DNA of 64,000 nucleotides from Blastocystis sp. Blastoise. Lineage: Eukaryota > Protista > Bigyra: Opalinata. Position 1 is the stretch's first letter. Each line of letters opens with the position of its first letter. Below the pieces are notes generated by a model. The model saw nothing but the letters and a program-made list of their open reading frames with translations. It was not told the origin of the DNA and did no database searches. Both the position numbers and the translations under genes were made by a program. The stretch covers positions 1,674,001-1,738,000 of the forward strand of contig JBBPEB010000015.1 of assembly GCA_039096225.1 (NCBI GenBank), read 5' to 3'. Positions 41,385 to 57,008 of the stretch are shown here, piece after piece.

Positions 41385-42480
41385 ATATATTATAGTTTAT
41401 TTAAATAACAAAAGATTTTTTTCTTCTGATCTGTTTTTATTTTAATTTTCTTCAAAAGAAAAATATATTTAATAAATAAAATAATAATTGTATTGTTATA
41501 AGTATGATTTTGTGTACACAAACAAAATAGGAGTAAAGAAACGAAACTAAAATGTAAATAATTTGAAAATAAATGTAAAAACAACAAATAAAAAAGAGAA
41601 CAAATGAATAATCATACAAATAGCTTCTAATGAAGAAGAAGCATAAAAACAGACAAATAGTAAAGCCCAATAATGTTTATATGTATTATAAAACTAGGTT
41701 ACAATGAAAAATAAAAGAGTACATAAAAAATAAACTAATATGAAAGAAAAAGATAATCATATAAGAAAGATAAAATAGTAATACAAGATTCGTATATGAA
41801 AAGAAAAATACATATATATAATAATTATTAATAGTATGATAAAAAAATGACAAAGAATAGAAAAAGAGAACAATCCAGAAAAATAGAAAATGATATGAAT
41901 ATATTAGAAATACTAAAAGAATATATTAATATCAATGGATTTATTTAAAAAAAAAGAGAGTATATTATTTTAAATGATTTAAAATAGAGAAGACGATCAT
42001 AAATGATACATAAAAGTCTTTTAAAAATAAAATAGAATAGTGAAATGAGGACATAGAAACAAGGAATAATAGTAGGAAAGAAAAAGGTTTTTTGAATAAG
42101 AATAGTTGAATATAAATAATAAGGTGAAATAGATATAGAGAAGGTTTATAAAGGATAGATATATATAAGAGAATTAGCAGAATACTAATGCAAAAAACAA
42201 TAGAAATTAATTTTTAAAATAAATGTAACAAAAAATAAAAGAAAAAACAAATATTTTGAAGAATAGTAAATTAGATAAATAGTATCATATATATATATGA
42301 CAAAAAAATAATAAAATAAAATAGATAAATAGAAATCCCCCAAAATATAAATAATAGAATCAGACACATAAGACATTGTTGTATACAACCATGTAAAACA
42401 TTAAAAAAAAAATTATTATTATATAAAACGTATATATATATGTTATATATGAAGTATATTAATAATCATAATAAGTAAAA

Positions 42481-43106
42481 TCAAAATGGTCATCATCTGA
42501 TTGTACTTGAAGGTGAGGAGGAATAAACTATAATAATATAAAGATTATATATAATAATAATATATTTGTAATAAAAAATATATAATAATAAATATATAAT
42601 AATAAAAAATATTAAATAACAATAAAAAATATTCAATAATAAAAATATTAAATAACAATAAAAAATATTAAATAATAAGAATAAAACAATAATAGAAATA
42701 CATCATCATTTCCTTCTTCTGTTTCTGTGCTTCCATCAGTAGAGTTATTATCACAACGGCCACAAACAGAATAAGAACAAGCTAAATCAACATCAGTAAA
42801 ATTAAATGTTCCTCTTCCACGAGTTGTTTTAGATATTGGAGATAATTCAGTTTCAGGAATCTTAATTGGCTGACTGTTGGCATAAGAACTACTACTCGTA
42901 TAAACAGATTGACTACGAGGATGACAAATAGAATTCTCATGATGATTAACACATTGTTTTTCTTGGCGCTGGTTATATTCTAATTTTTGAAGATACTTGA
43001 GTCTGAAATCATCATCAATGTGTTGTTTGATCTCTGGAGATGAATTGTCTCGAACCATGAGCGACTGACTTCGATAACGTTGTTTCACATCAAATTGTTG
43101 TTGCAT
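42481..43106 (-). CDS. Hypothetical protein (~150 aa, 2 exons) ending in FIPPHL motif
   Basis: ORF 42648-43106 splices at GNDD|gtattt...tatag|FIPPHLQVQSDDDHF*. Confidence 0.7.
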
Positions 43107-44127
43107 AATGATAAATTAATTATTTTCAATAAAGGATAATCAAAAGAGTAAAATCAAATTCTAAATAACAAGGAAAAACACTATATATTTAAGTGGATTT
43201 ATAAAGATTTTAAATAATATCGTTTCTTAGGAAACACTCCTTCCATATTTTTTTCACTTTAAAAAATAATGAATCAACACTGATCAAATGAACAAATATG
43301 AATGGTTCTTTTTATTGAAATTCCCAAGAGGATTCAAGGGATTCGGAATGATGCAGACGTTATCATCGGAGAAAAATAGAGAATTCCTGATCTCTTTATC
43401 CAATCAAAATCGATAAATTTGGATAGTTTATTGTGTTTCTTAAACAGCCAGTATTTCTATTAGTTATCTAAGTACTAAAAAACACATCATTAACATAGTG
43501 TTTTTGTGGAAAAGAATTAATTAATTAGCCAATAAAATTGTGAAAAATAATGATTTATCCAATCATTTGCTGGATATATTCACATTGAATTACCGTGGTT
43601 AATCATCATTTTTTATAAAGTTCGTTTTTAATAGAATAAGATATGTTGCTTAATTATTTTGAATTCTATATTGACTTTTAAGTTTCATTATGTACTTGGA
43701 TTGTTCAGAGAAGGATATATGCACATGAATTTTTTTTTTTTTTTGTGAATCTTGTATGCTTTCTTGTTGAAGACGATTATTATTAAGGACAAAAAGGAAA
43801 AATCTAATATACAAAAATTATGGACTTGGTAGATCTTTTAAGGAACTCTTTTTCGTCATAATTTAGTTTGTTTTTGAAAATGTTCAATTTGTCTATAGAT
43901 TTTCATGTGTTTTCGTTTTTATATTTAATGAATTTAAATTTTAAATATTATAAACATTATATTTTGATTTTCTGAGTTTGAAAAGTCATTAATATAGTAT
44001 TTAATTGATAATAATCAAGTAAATAAACAAGAAATCACAATAGAAAATCCACAGTCATTGATATTAATTAAAAAAAATTAAGAAGAAGAATAATAAAACA
44101 AAAAATAAGAACACATTCAAAAGAAAA

Positions 44128-45388
44128 TTATTGATCTTTACATAAGAAAGCTACAGAAGAAGGAGGAATGATTCCATTTTGAGAGTTTTCTGTAAATACA
44201 CCCATAATAAAGCTAGCAGGAACAAGATCATAAGATAAAGCAAGAATTGTTAAATTATCATGTAATGGATTTGTAGGATCATCATATCCTTCGAGAATCC
44301 ATTTATCTTTATTTGTAGGGATTAAACAAGAAGGATTTAATACTTCATTCTTTACAGTACTATCCAAATATATATCATTTGAAAATTTATAAGTTTCACA
44401 TGCAATAAGGAAAGGAATATTATATTGATTACATGTTAATGCAATTAAACTCTATATATATATATATGTTTATATCATAGAACAGAGTAGAATAAGAATA
44501 ATTAGTTATAAGTATATATATATATATATAATATTATAACATACTCCTCCAGAAATAGTAATAGCAGAACCATCATTTAGCATACTACTAGCACTTATTA
44601 TTGATTTTGTAACTTCCTATATATATAATAATATTAATTTATTCAGTGGTAAATTAAAAAAATAAATATAAGAAAAACAATTTATATAAAATATAAATAA
44701 AATATAAATAATAAAGTAATAAATATAAAATATAAATAAAATATATATATATATAAAGAAACAATATAAAATATAAATAAAATATAAATAATAAAGTAAT
44801 AAATATAAAATATTAATAAAAAAGTAATAAATATAAAATATACATTCATAATATAAGGTAATGCATTTAAGGAGATATAAGAGCATTGAATATTACATTT
44901 AATTAATTCTTTAACCATTTCTTCGGAGCTATCTCTTGGTCTACTATCTACAACAATAACACGGAATGATTTATGATGTTGATCTTTTGCTTGTGATAAT
45001 GCTTGTAATATACGGTCTGACCTATAAAGTATAATAATAAGAATGTGTAGAAATAATAAGAATGTGTAGAATCATGAATAAATTATTATTATTATATATA
45101 TAGAGTTATACATTCCATAAGTTAAAATACAATCATTATTATCAATCTTTTGACTAATAATATTCGATATCTCACGAGCATTACATTCTAATTGCTATAT
45201 TTATAGTTAATTTAATAAATATAATATATATAATAAATGTTATAAATATAATAAATGTTATAAATAGAATTAATATACTAATTGATAAGAATGAATATCT
45301 TCTCTATATAATTTAAGTGCTTCGGATTCAGTAATATGGTGATTATATCGACGTAAAATATCTAATATATGATTATACACAGATTCCC

Positions 45389-45438
<50 letters not shown>

Positions 45439-47014
45439 TAATAATAATAATAATAAACATAATAAACATAATAAACATAATAAACATAATAAACATAATA
45501 AACATAATAATAATAATAATATATATACATAGCAGCAGTAGGTCGTTTGCATTTACATATAAATTTCCAGTGAGCATGTAGATAGGCATGAAGTTCAGGT
45601 AAATATTGCTATATATATATATATATAACAATATAACGACATAAATAATAAATACATAAAAAATATGAATAATAAATATTATAACAAAAAATATATAAAA
45701 AATACAAATAATAATAACATATGCATACTTCTTTAGGATGAAAATCTTCAATAATCATATTTAGCACTTTAAGTAACACTTGAGCATGTGCATTTGATCC
45801 AGAAATTAAACGTCTCGTTAAGAATAATCCATATTGAATTACTTTGTGATGAATAGGATATCCCTATAGAAACAACTTTCATTAGTATTCTGTTTATTAT
45901 TATTAGAATATAGAATAAATAATACATTATAGAATTATAAACTAAAACTTGTAAAGAATAATATATATATATATATATATATACATCAGAATATTCTTCT
46001 ACTAATTGTTGTGAAGACATAACAGGAGTAACAGGAGGATAACCAAATAAATCCTATATAATAATAATAATAAATATATCTAGTATATACATTTTCAGTG
46101 GATTGTTGTGTAGTAGAAACAGCTATAAATATAAATATATAAGCAAATAAATATATATATATAATAGAATGAATATTTATAAAAACAAATAAATACATTT
46201 TGATATATTATTATTATTTATTTTATTATTACATTGTTGTTGTGGTTTCTGCTGTTGCTTTGGAAGTTGTTTCTTCACATTATTATTAACTTGTTTTGTA
46301 ATATTCACATTATTATCTTTATTAACAATGGCTTCCTTTTTAGTATCTACATTTATAACAGTATTCGGAATAATTGTTTTATTAATCTCATTTATATTCT
46401 TATTATTATCTACAGACTGATTCACATTAACATTTGGAACTGATTTCTTCTGTTTTGCTAATTGTTTTTCTAATTTCTTTTGCTTTCGTAATTCTTGAAT
46501 CTGTTCTTTTGTCAAATTCTTACCTGCTTCTTCTTGAGCACGTTTCTCTATATATTTTAAAATACATAAAGAAAAACATATTAAATAGATATTATCTTAT
46601 TTATATAAAATAAATCATTTCATATATAAATTATATATCTATAAAAAATATAATTATATGTACCTTCCTTAGATAAAGCAGCTCCAGATGCAAGAGATGG
46701 TTGCTCAACAACTTCAACAGGTTTTTCTATAACGTTTTCTGGTTCGTCTGACTTCTTTTCTATAGCTTGAATCACCGGCTGCGTTGGAATCGGTTGAGAC
46801 TCTACTATATTCTGATCTTTCTTTTGATTCTTCTGCTTAGCTAATTGTTTTTCTAACTTTTTCTGCTTACGAAGAGCTAAAACTTCTTCTCGACTTAGTT
46901 CTTTTCCAGCTTCTTCTTGAGCACGCTTTTCTAAATAGTATAAATGAATAGATCAACTTATGTAAAACCTATTTATATACGCTCTTTCGATAAACCTTGT
47001 TCAGAGTGTTCCAT
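44128..47014 (-). CDS. EIF2B4: Translation initiation factor eIF2B subunit delta
   Basis: IHHKVIQYG...ISGSNAH, CILTYG, FRVIVVDSRP, PFLIACETYKFS, LSYDLVPA.FIMGVFTE...IPPSSV. Confidence 0.88.
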
Positions 47015-47575
47015 TATAAACAAATTAATAGTTTTTCTGATTTTTTATTTCACAACTCTTAAAACCACGATTAATTTGTCAAATAAACACAAATTTTGAT
47101 AATAACTCCTAATTCTTGTTTTATACATTTATTAACCTCTATGTATTTTATCTACTGATTCTGATCTTTGAATTTGATCTAAAAAATAATAAAAAAGTAT
47201 ATTCTATAAAATCAACGATTCTACTACGAAAAATGTGAGATTCACTCATGAATATATTCTTTTTTGCTTCTAGTGCATACTTTATGTGATCTATAAATCT
47301 ATGAGAAGAATAATTAAAGAAGTAATATACTTTGATTTTATGACATAGTCCTTCATTTATGTTCCTTTCTTATTCTCTTGAATATCAAAGTATTTTAACT
47401 ATCGTATAAATTATAATTGATCACTTTGATGATTCAATTTAGTAAAAAAAATAATGAAAACACAAACATTATTAATTTCGTGTTTAGGATTTATTTATGA
47501 ATAAGAATTCTTGATATACTCTTTAATGATATAGAAACGCTTTTCTATTATAATATTACTCTTTAGATTACAATC

Positions 47576-48561
47576 ATGTCTTCGATGTTTAACGATGTCA
47601 CAGAATTTGAACTATTGTAAGTTTGTTCATTATTTAGTTATTATATATTGACTAGTGAACGTTTGAAAGAAGATAAAACATATATTAAGAAGAACAGCAA
47701 GTTCTTCCAAGTATCTTCTCAACTTTTCGGTAGTACTTATTTGCTAATTGATATTTGTTAAAAGTATTTTTTATTTAGAATTATCCAAGATAGAACACGA
47801 GTATAGTATTCAATTGAGAAAGCTTCAATCTTCAGAAAAACAAATTATTGACTCTTTTTTATCAATATCGATGTGTGAATCTTTATCAGAGTATATACAT
47901 ATGATTATTCATCTATTATCTTTTATGAATGATATATATATTGTATTATGGAATATATATGTTTTTTTAAATAGTTTTCTTCAAGTAATTGAATCGATGG
48001 CCATTGAACATGAACGAATGTCTATGATCTTAGAAATCAATAAGAAAAAATTATCAGATGTCTTAAAGAAGCAACAGAATTCTCAACATATGTATATATA
48101 TTATAATTATACTAGAATAGTTCTATATAATTTATTTATTATTTTTATAATGAATAGTAACAGTGGCTTATATTATTATTTCATTTTTTGTGAATATAAT
48201 GAATATTTTATTATAACTTTGTATTATGTTATTATGAAAAAAGAGTGATGAAAAACATTATATATATATTATAAGTATTGTTAGCATATATAATTATGTT
48301 TATTCTATACTGTTTCATTAGTTATATTTATTTTTAATTAATAAATATGATTTAGTTGGATGTATATATATATATATAATATTTGATATAAATTATTTTT
48401 TATATAATGATAATTATTTTTATAGAACTTTTGAGCATCATAAAAAATTAAAAGAAAGAATAAAACAATCGAAAAGGCATTTAAAAAAGATAAAGAATCA
48501 ATATAAAATAAAAGAAATTGCTTATCATCGATATACAAAGAAACTTATGAATTCAATACGC

Positions 48562-48615
<54 letters not shown>

Positions 48616-49829
48616 GAAGATAATAATAATAATAAACATAATAATAATAATAATAATAATACCAACAATAGTAATAAACATGATAATAATAATAATAATA
48701 ATTCATTTCATCAATTCAGAGAAGGACAATTATTAGATTCAGCTAAAGAGTATATATATAATTATATATATACTTATTAGGAAATATAGATATGAAAATG
48801 AGAAAACTAAATATCAAAAGAAAATTGATTTTTTAAATACGAATATTAAGTCGTTACATCAAGTATTTATTATTATATAATATGTTTATTTTTATATTAT
48901 TTATAGTATTTATATATTATATTTACAATAAAATCTAATATATATTTGTTTTTGTGTATATTAATATATAGAATATCTATTTTTTTAACAATTTTATTAA
49001 ATAATATATTTAGATAGAAATAGCTAGGCAAAAAGAATATATAAAAATATTTCTAAATTGTATGAAGAGTGTAGTTCTTCAATATATAAATACAAATGGT
49101 ATACTTGTTAGTATGATGGCAAAAGAAAATGATAATATCGATATATTAGTTAATGAGAATAATTATAGTAGAATCCTCGATAATGATACTATTTCAAATC
49201 CATTTGATATGTATATTATTATATTTTATTTTTTTAAATATTAATCTAATTCTATTTTATATTATAATATGTTCAACTCAAATTTATAGAATTCAATATA
49301 ATATAATAATATAATATTATAGTATTATAATATAATAATATATATAATATAAAAATATATATATATAAATAAATAGTTCTCTATCTACATCTCCTGCAAA
49401 TCAAATAATATCTTCAAATACATATCCTTTCTTATATACTCGACATTTATATACTAATACTAGACAGCCATCCATTCATAGTATAAATACTATTAATAGT
49501 CCAAGGAACTCTACAGAAACCTCAGAATCAACTATTACTTCATCTTGTATAAACCCAAAACATAATTCTTATCCAATTGCTTCTTCACAATCACCTTCAA
49601 ATATTATTACAGATATTCCTCTTTTAAATAATGATATATCTAATTCTATAAAAGAAGAACATAATTCAAATACTATAAAGAAAAAACACTCTTTATCCTT
49701 CTCTGCATCATCAAAACCTATAGATATTCAACAAGAAACAAATAATAAAATAAAATCGACACTAGCAATAACAGAAAATAACACAAGAAAGAAAAATCAT
49801 CCTAATTCTATTCAAGATAATAATATATC

Positions 49830-49870
<41 letters not shown>

Positions 49871-49946
49871 TTAATAATAATAAAGAAGATGATAATAATA
49901 ATAATAATAATAATAAAGAAGATAATAATAATAATAATAAATATAA

Positions 49947-49989
<43 letters not shown>

Positions 49990-50837
49990 ATAAGATCACC
50001 AGCTTCGCCTATAAATGATATTAATACATCATTGCTATATCAAGGAGTGTTCTCACCTTCAAATATTAATTCTATTCAAACGCCTACAAATAAACAAACG
50101 AATAATAATATGAAAATTGCATATCATCACAATTCAATTGCAATTCCTAATGAGAATACACAGTCCAATACCATTCTATATAATAATTCATCTCCTTCTC
50201 CTTCTACATCTCCTTCATATTATCTATCTTCTTCACCGTCACCTATTCTTAATAACGATAATACAATTCATAATATACTCCTTCCTAATCCATCACAATC
50301 CTTATGTATGTTTTTTATTATATATTTATGATTATTCTATACATAATTATAACTAGTGAAAACTTGTTCTTTACCTAGTATTTCATCTTCAAATTCTTCT
50401 TCGGAACCTCAAGAATATCAAACTATTTCCTATAAGAAAAGTATATATATATATTCTTTTTTTTGATCTTCTAATACATTTATATAATACTTTCTTTGTA
50501 GATATATTATGTAAAGTGATAGCTATATATCCTTTTGATCGAAGCTCTCCAAGCGATTTACAATTATATAAAGGAAATATCATTGAAGTTCTAGAAAAAG
50601 TATATATATTTTTATTATTAAGTACATGATAATAATTATGTTAATGCTTTTCTATAGAAATCAAATCAATGGTGGTATGGAGTCAATGAACAGGGAGAAT
50701 CTGGATTATTCCCAGCTAGTTTTGTTGTATATTCTTATTTTCAATATATATATATATATATTTATTTATTTGTTTTCATTACATTCTAGGAAATCATAGA
50801 GAATTACGATCGATCAAGATATTCAACAATATTTTAG
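47576..50837 (+). CDS. F-BAR-like plus C-terminal SH3 protein
   Basis: N-terminal SKIEHEYSIQLRKL...ESMAIEHERMS (FCH/F-BAR-like), an N/S-rich linker, then SH3 VIAIYPFD...DLQLYKGNIIEVLEK...WWYG...GLFPASFV. Confidence 0.8.
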
Positions 50838-51184
50838 CTAGATATCAACAAGATTAACAAAATACACATATATCTTTTTATTGTTTTTTTATTATTATTT
50901 AGGGTGGATTTAGTTGAAATTATTTTTATGAATATTTATAGTTTTAGTTAAAAATTAAATTATTTTTTTTTATTCTTTTTAGTATTAATATATACTTAAA
51001 ATAAGTTTAAAATGTTAAAGAAAGATTTGTAAAAAATAAACAAATAAAAATATATTAGTTAATTGAAAACATCTTATAAAATTATTAAATACTGTAAATA
51101 TATTATTATAAAAACAATCAATTATAAATGGCTTCTATACAAAATAGAGAGTTATATATATATGTAACTAATTATGTAGAAATA

Positions 51185-52773
51185 TTAGACTCTTCCCCAG
51201 ACTTCATAATCTTCTACTTTAAAGTTATTTAGACAATCATCATCATTAGTATTTACAAATAATGATGATTTTTGAGGAGTATAATAATGTGTGAATGAAT
51301 ACGCCCTTACCCATGAATCTGTATTATAATGACAATCATCTTTAATGGCAATATCACTCCATTCACATTCATATCCACCACCAAAAGAAGGCCCAAAAGA
51401 AGAATTACAATATATCCCATAACCATCACCATTATGTAGATATTTAGTAGGAGGAATATTATATTCATTACTTAATGTAAATAGAAACTCTTTTGAATAT
51501 GAAATCCACCCTATGTATGCTTATGTCAAAAATACTATAAAAATACACTAATATACTTCCACTATTCTTCCATGAAACATTTGTATATCCTCCAAATATA
51601 TTAATATGAATATTATGACCTATATGTTTGATTAAAGTTACTGTTTCTCCTTTGTTATCACAATATCTATGAAATTCACTTGAAGAATAATCATGCTCAC
51701 TTGCTCTTTATATATAATAGTAATAATAAAAAATTAAAATTATACCTAAATAATAATTTCCATTTCTTTTCTTTACCAAGCCAATTCACTAATGGAGTTT
51801 CATAATATTTCTTATTAATAATCTTTGAATCTGCGAATACAATTGGCTTTCCATTCATATCTATTTTAAGAGCTTCTTTTCCTTCAACACCAAATAGACT
51901 ATACATTTCATTCTCTAATACTTTGTTATTCATAATTTCATTATTTTTATCATCAATAAAAAGACATTCATTACGTGCAAAATAATCAATATAATCATCA
52001 TATTTATAATTCATCTTCATAAACCTTTCATTGTTTTCTTCATCATAATCTACATATCCACTACCATATTCATTAATAATCTTAGTCCATAATCCATTCT
52101 TCTTTAAATAGCTAGTTAATACATCATCTTTCTTATCATTTATATAAAGAACAACATCATCATCTTCTTTATATTTCTTAATAGTATAATCTCTTCTATA
52201 ATAAGTTTTCATTAATTCTTCAGGAATAGGTAAATTACAATATTCAAATAAATCTAATAATTCAAGTTGATCACCTAGTTTTAACTTATCAACATTCATT
52301 TTCTTATTCATTAAAGAATCAATTAATAAAGGAGCTACTGTTTCATCGCCATGATAATCTAAATAAATAGTACCATCAACAGTCTTTATATCCTCTTGAG
52401 AATATTCATAAAGAAAACTACCTACTAAACTATTTGTTATTCTTTTAGGAAGAGAATAAACTGGACCATTACTTGTGAATCGAATATAATCAATTCCATT
52501 ATCATTATTATTCATATTTAAATCATTTTTACTCAGAAAAGAAGATTCTTGGATAATTATACTTGGATCATCACCATTCTTATCATTCATTGCTTCACAA
52601 TTTCTTGTTAATCGATTCACTAACTCATTTATAGACTCACCTGAATGAATACAGAAACTTATTGACTTACTTAAAATACCAATCAAATCACCAATCAGTC
52701 TTTCAAAATGAATTACATCCTTCTGAATATCGGCCATCTTATCAACATCAAATTCTACCTTCTCTTTCACCAT
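51185..52773 (-). CDS. BTB-like plus TLDc-domain protein (paralog 1)
   Basis: WLGKEKKWKLLFR-ASEH...EFHRYCDNKGETVTLI...IFGGYT...EFLFTL...GPSFGGG...FKVEDYEVWG; two introns. Confidence 0.9.
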
Positions 52774-54385
52774 TTTCTAAAATGTAAGAAATAAAATAAA
52801 AATGAAAACTTTTCAAAAGCTATTTTTCTATCTTATATAGAGAAACTTATTTCTCTAATTCAAAATTCTAGTTAAAAAACTGAATGAAAACAAATTTTTT
52901 TATGTCTTAAAATTTAATAATAATCGTAAATATTTATAAAAGAAAAGGTTTTAATGAATTCACGATTATTTTTCATTTAATGAGTTTAATTTCAAAATAA
53001 ATATGGATTTCCATTTTTTTTGATAATTTTTTTTATATTTCTTTATTATTCATTTAATATTCATTTACAAAAATAATTATTATACTAAATTAAGTTTAAA
53101 TTTTATGATCTATAGTACTATCATTAAATTATTAAAAATACAAGAAGAGTGATATTTTTTATTACGTTAACAATAATAATACGTTAATTTGATATTGATT
53201 ATTAACAGAAAACATTCTGAATATTAGCATTTTCTTTTAATTACGATTAAATACTATTCTAGATTTACATTTTTATTTTAAATTCTCACAATACTCTATA
53301 TTTTGCGCATTTCTCTATATCATTATTACTTAGATACTCATGGTTTATATAAAATACATATCCAAGGGATGAATATGTTGTTTCTTTTTATAATCTTGCC
53401 CAATTGTTGATTATTTTTCTGTTTAGATATATGTTCTATATATATGTCATATCTACAATTATTTCTTTATTCAATGAATATATCTCATTTCATTTTACTC
53501 AGTATCGTCTTGGGCTATTTCAAAATTCGTCCTCTTTTCTCTTCGCATTCTAACTTTGAAAAATTAATAATTATGTTATATATAGAAATAAAAATTACTG
53601 TTATTTAAATTATTAATTTTAACCTTCCAAAAAGTTATATCAAATGTTACATTATATATTATTTTCATTAATATATTACTATTATTTTTTTTATTATTTT
53701 CATCAATATATAATTATCATAATAATTAATTTATTGTATTTATTAGTATGAAAATAAAAATAATCATAAAATATAATCAGTTCCTTCTTGAATATTGTAT
53801 TTTTTGTCATGTTACAATTATCCCCAAAATTTGTGACATTTTTCATAGTGTACTTTTTTTATTATATGAGTTAATTCAACATGAATGTGTCTGAAAGTGG
53901 AGTCAGTTATTATCAAGGTAACTGTCTTGAAAAAGAGAAGAGCCTATGATACTCGTATATATGTTTATAAGCAGCAAAAACATGTTATAATTTATATAAC
54001 TAAATATTATAAATATTTATTATTAATATAGTATACTCATATATTATGTTAAGCTTAAAATAATTATATTAATTTTGTAAAGAGTAGTGAAAGTAATATA
54101 GAAAAGTATCAATTATATGTTAAAACAAAACTAATCTCGATAGAGTTTATAATAAGAGAAATTAAAACAATAATTTGGAACTATAATTTTTAATAATACT
54201 AATTTTATATAATATTGTTTAGAAAAGAATAAATGAATTTTTATAGAAATAAAAATATTTAAAAAAGTAATAAAAACATCTAAATTAATTTATTATTTAT
54301 TCAAATAAATAAATATAATTTAAACATAAAATTTATAAAAAATTGAACGATATATAATACATGAATATTAAAAGTAGTTTTCATT

Positions 54386-56209
54386 TTAATTACATTTTCC
54401 CCATACTTCATAATCAGCTACTTTGAAATTATTAGTAGAATTAGAATCACTTGTATTTACAAATAAACTATTCTTTTCCTTAGTAGAAACACATGAAAAT
54501 GATTGAAAATTTGTTCTTGAATACTTTAGATCACATTGATCAACAATAGCTATATCGTTTCCTTCACCAAATGTTGGACCATAGTTTATATTACGATATA
54601 TGCCACGATTTCTGTTACTAGAGGAATAATCATATTTAGTAGGAGGAATACCATGTTCATTACTTAATGTAAATAAAAATTCTTTAGAATAATGTTTATA
54701 ACCTATATGAATTTTAAAATATATATAAATATATATTGGTTATTAAAATATATATATATAATTATTAAAATAATATATATATATATACATAAATATACAC
54801 GATTATTAAATAAATAAACATATAAATAAATAAATATATACCCCCTTTGCTTTCCCAACTTTGATCTGTATATCCTCCAAATATATTAATATGACCATAA
54901 TGTCCTATATGTTTGATAATAGTTACAGTTTCTCCTTGATTATCGCAATATCTATGGAATTCACTTGCAGAATAATGATTTTCACTTGCTCTATATATAA
55001 TAAATATATTGAATTAATGAAAATAATGTAATAAACAACAATTAATATATATAATTAGTAAAATAGATCAAAGAAAAATTCAATACATAAATAACAATAA
55101 TAGAATAATCTAAAAACTAAAAATTCCATAAATAAAATAATAAATACATACCTAAATAATAATTTCCATTTCTTTTCCTTACCAAGCCATTTTTGTAATT
55201 GAAAATCCATCTGTTTATTATTAAGAATAATCGATGAATTCGCAAACTGTTGTTCCATTGTTAAACATAAATAAACTTCATTTGCTCCTTCAGTATCAAA
55301 TAATTCATACATTTCATTCATTAATAATTCATTATCAATATTATTCATATCATTCTCATCTATATCAATACAATTATTATTTATATATTGATTAATATAA
55401 TTCATATATGTATAATCTTTCTTTATATATAAATAATCATATGATGAATTATAATCAACTAGTCCATGATTATAATTCATTATATATCTTTCCCATAAAT
55501 CATTCTTTATTAAATAATTACTAATTTCTTGATCATCTTTATTATTAATAATCATCTTTACTTGATCTCCCATATTATACTTCTTCTCTTTTGTATTCTG
55601 TCGCTCTTTTACAAGACATAATAATGGATGAAGGGGTATTTCACAAAACTCAAATAAATCTATTAATTCTAATTGTTGTTCATAACTTAAATCATCTAAT
55701 TTGATTTCTTTATTATTCAAATAATCTATTAAATAATATGAATAATCACAATTTTCACGATAATCAAGGAAAATGCATCCATCTAATGATAAATAATCTG
55801 GTTTACTTTCCTCATATATAAATGAACCTTCAATACTATCTAATACAGCTTGTGATATCATAAATGTCACAGAAGAATTTGAAAAATTGATCTTTATTGC
55901 CTTAGTATCTTCATATTCATAATTATCATTATTTTCAGAATACTCTGGCAGTTCATACTCATTGTTATTCTTTTGATCGGAGTGTTTTGTTTTTTGATCG
56001 TTGAAATAAGAAAGGTAATTGAATTCACCTGTATCATTGTGATTAAATGATTTCTTCAGGATATCATTTATGCAGCCAGATGAGCAAGAACATACGTTGA
56101 TGGCTCTTTGAATGGCATTCATCATATTTGTTAGCTGTTCTTCTATCATATTAATTTCTGTAGACGAAATAATAGAGTGATCAGTCTTAGGAATATCTAT
56201 GAAGTTCAT
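54386..56209 (-). CDS. BTB-like plus TLDc-domain protein (paralog 2)
   Basis: Same architecture and the same two intron positions as paralog 1; ends FKVADYEVWGKCN*. Confidence 0.9.
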
Positions 56210-57008
56210 TTTCTTTCTTTACAATATGAATACTTAAAGAATAATTTAACTAGAATTCTAAAATTGTAAAAGATAGTTTTTTCCAGATATTCCATTTATT
56301 CTTGATTATATAAAAGAAATTGAGTGTTTTTTCATTTTATTCATAAAAGAATATTTGTTTTGTTATTGATGTCGTTTTATAACTAAATATTAGGATACAT
56401 GAAAGATAGCGTTCATATACTATCTATGAATGGAGTGACCAATAGTGGATTAAAAAGAAATATCAAAAACTAAGAAATTGTTGTTGTTAAAAAAATAGAT
56501 TATGCACTTTTTAAGAGAATATCATGTGCTATTATATATAAAAGGAAGCAAGAATTATGAAATATAGAGAATTCATAAATAATACTAAAAAAAATGTATA
56601 AATTAAAAAAAAAAGACTTGTAAAAAAGAAAATCAATAGAGACTTTGTGTAGATAACAATGAAAAGAATATAAAAAGAACAAAGATAGAAATAGTAGAAC
56701 AAAAATAGAAAAAATATTATATAAATATATATAAATAGATAATAATTGAACAGAATATATAGATAGTGTTTTAATGAAAAAAAAAACACTAAAAATATGT
56801 TACTAGACAAGAAAAAGAATAATAAATTATAAAAAAAAAATATGTTTTATAAAATTAAAAAAAATAAAAACATATTGAAACAATGTATAAGTATTTAATA
56901 AATACAAATATATAATATAATAAAAAAAAAGAATGTTAATAAATATAAGAAAAAATATATATATCATAAAAAATAGAAAATAGATACAAATAAAAAAGAA
57001 GAGAATGT

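Noticed and set aside
43395-43565. Repeated TATCCAATCA (CCAAT-like) words upstream of the 43106 gene
   Set aside because: Only 2-3 short words, not enough to call a promoter element.
47711-47718. GTATCTTC possible U12 donor in F-BAR gene
   Set aside because: Wrong phase for the downstream acceptor; the GT at 47730 gives the in-frame join.
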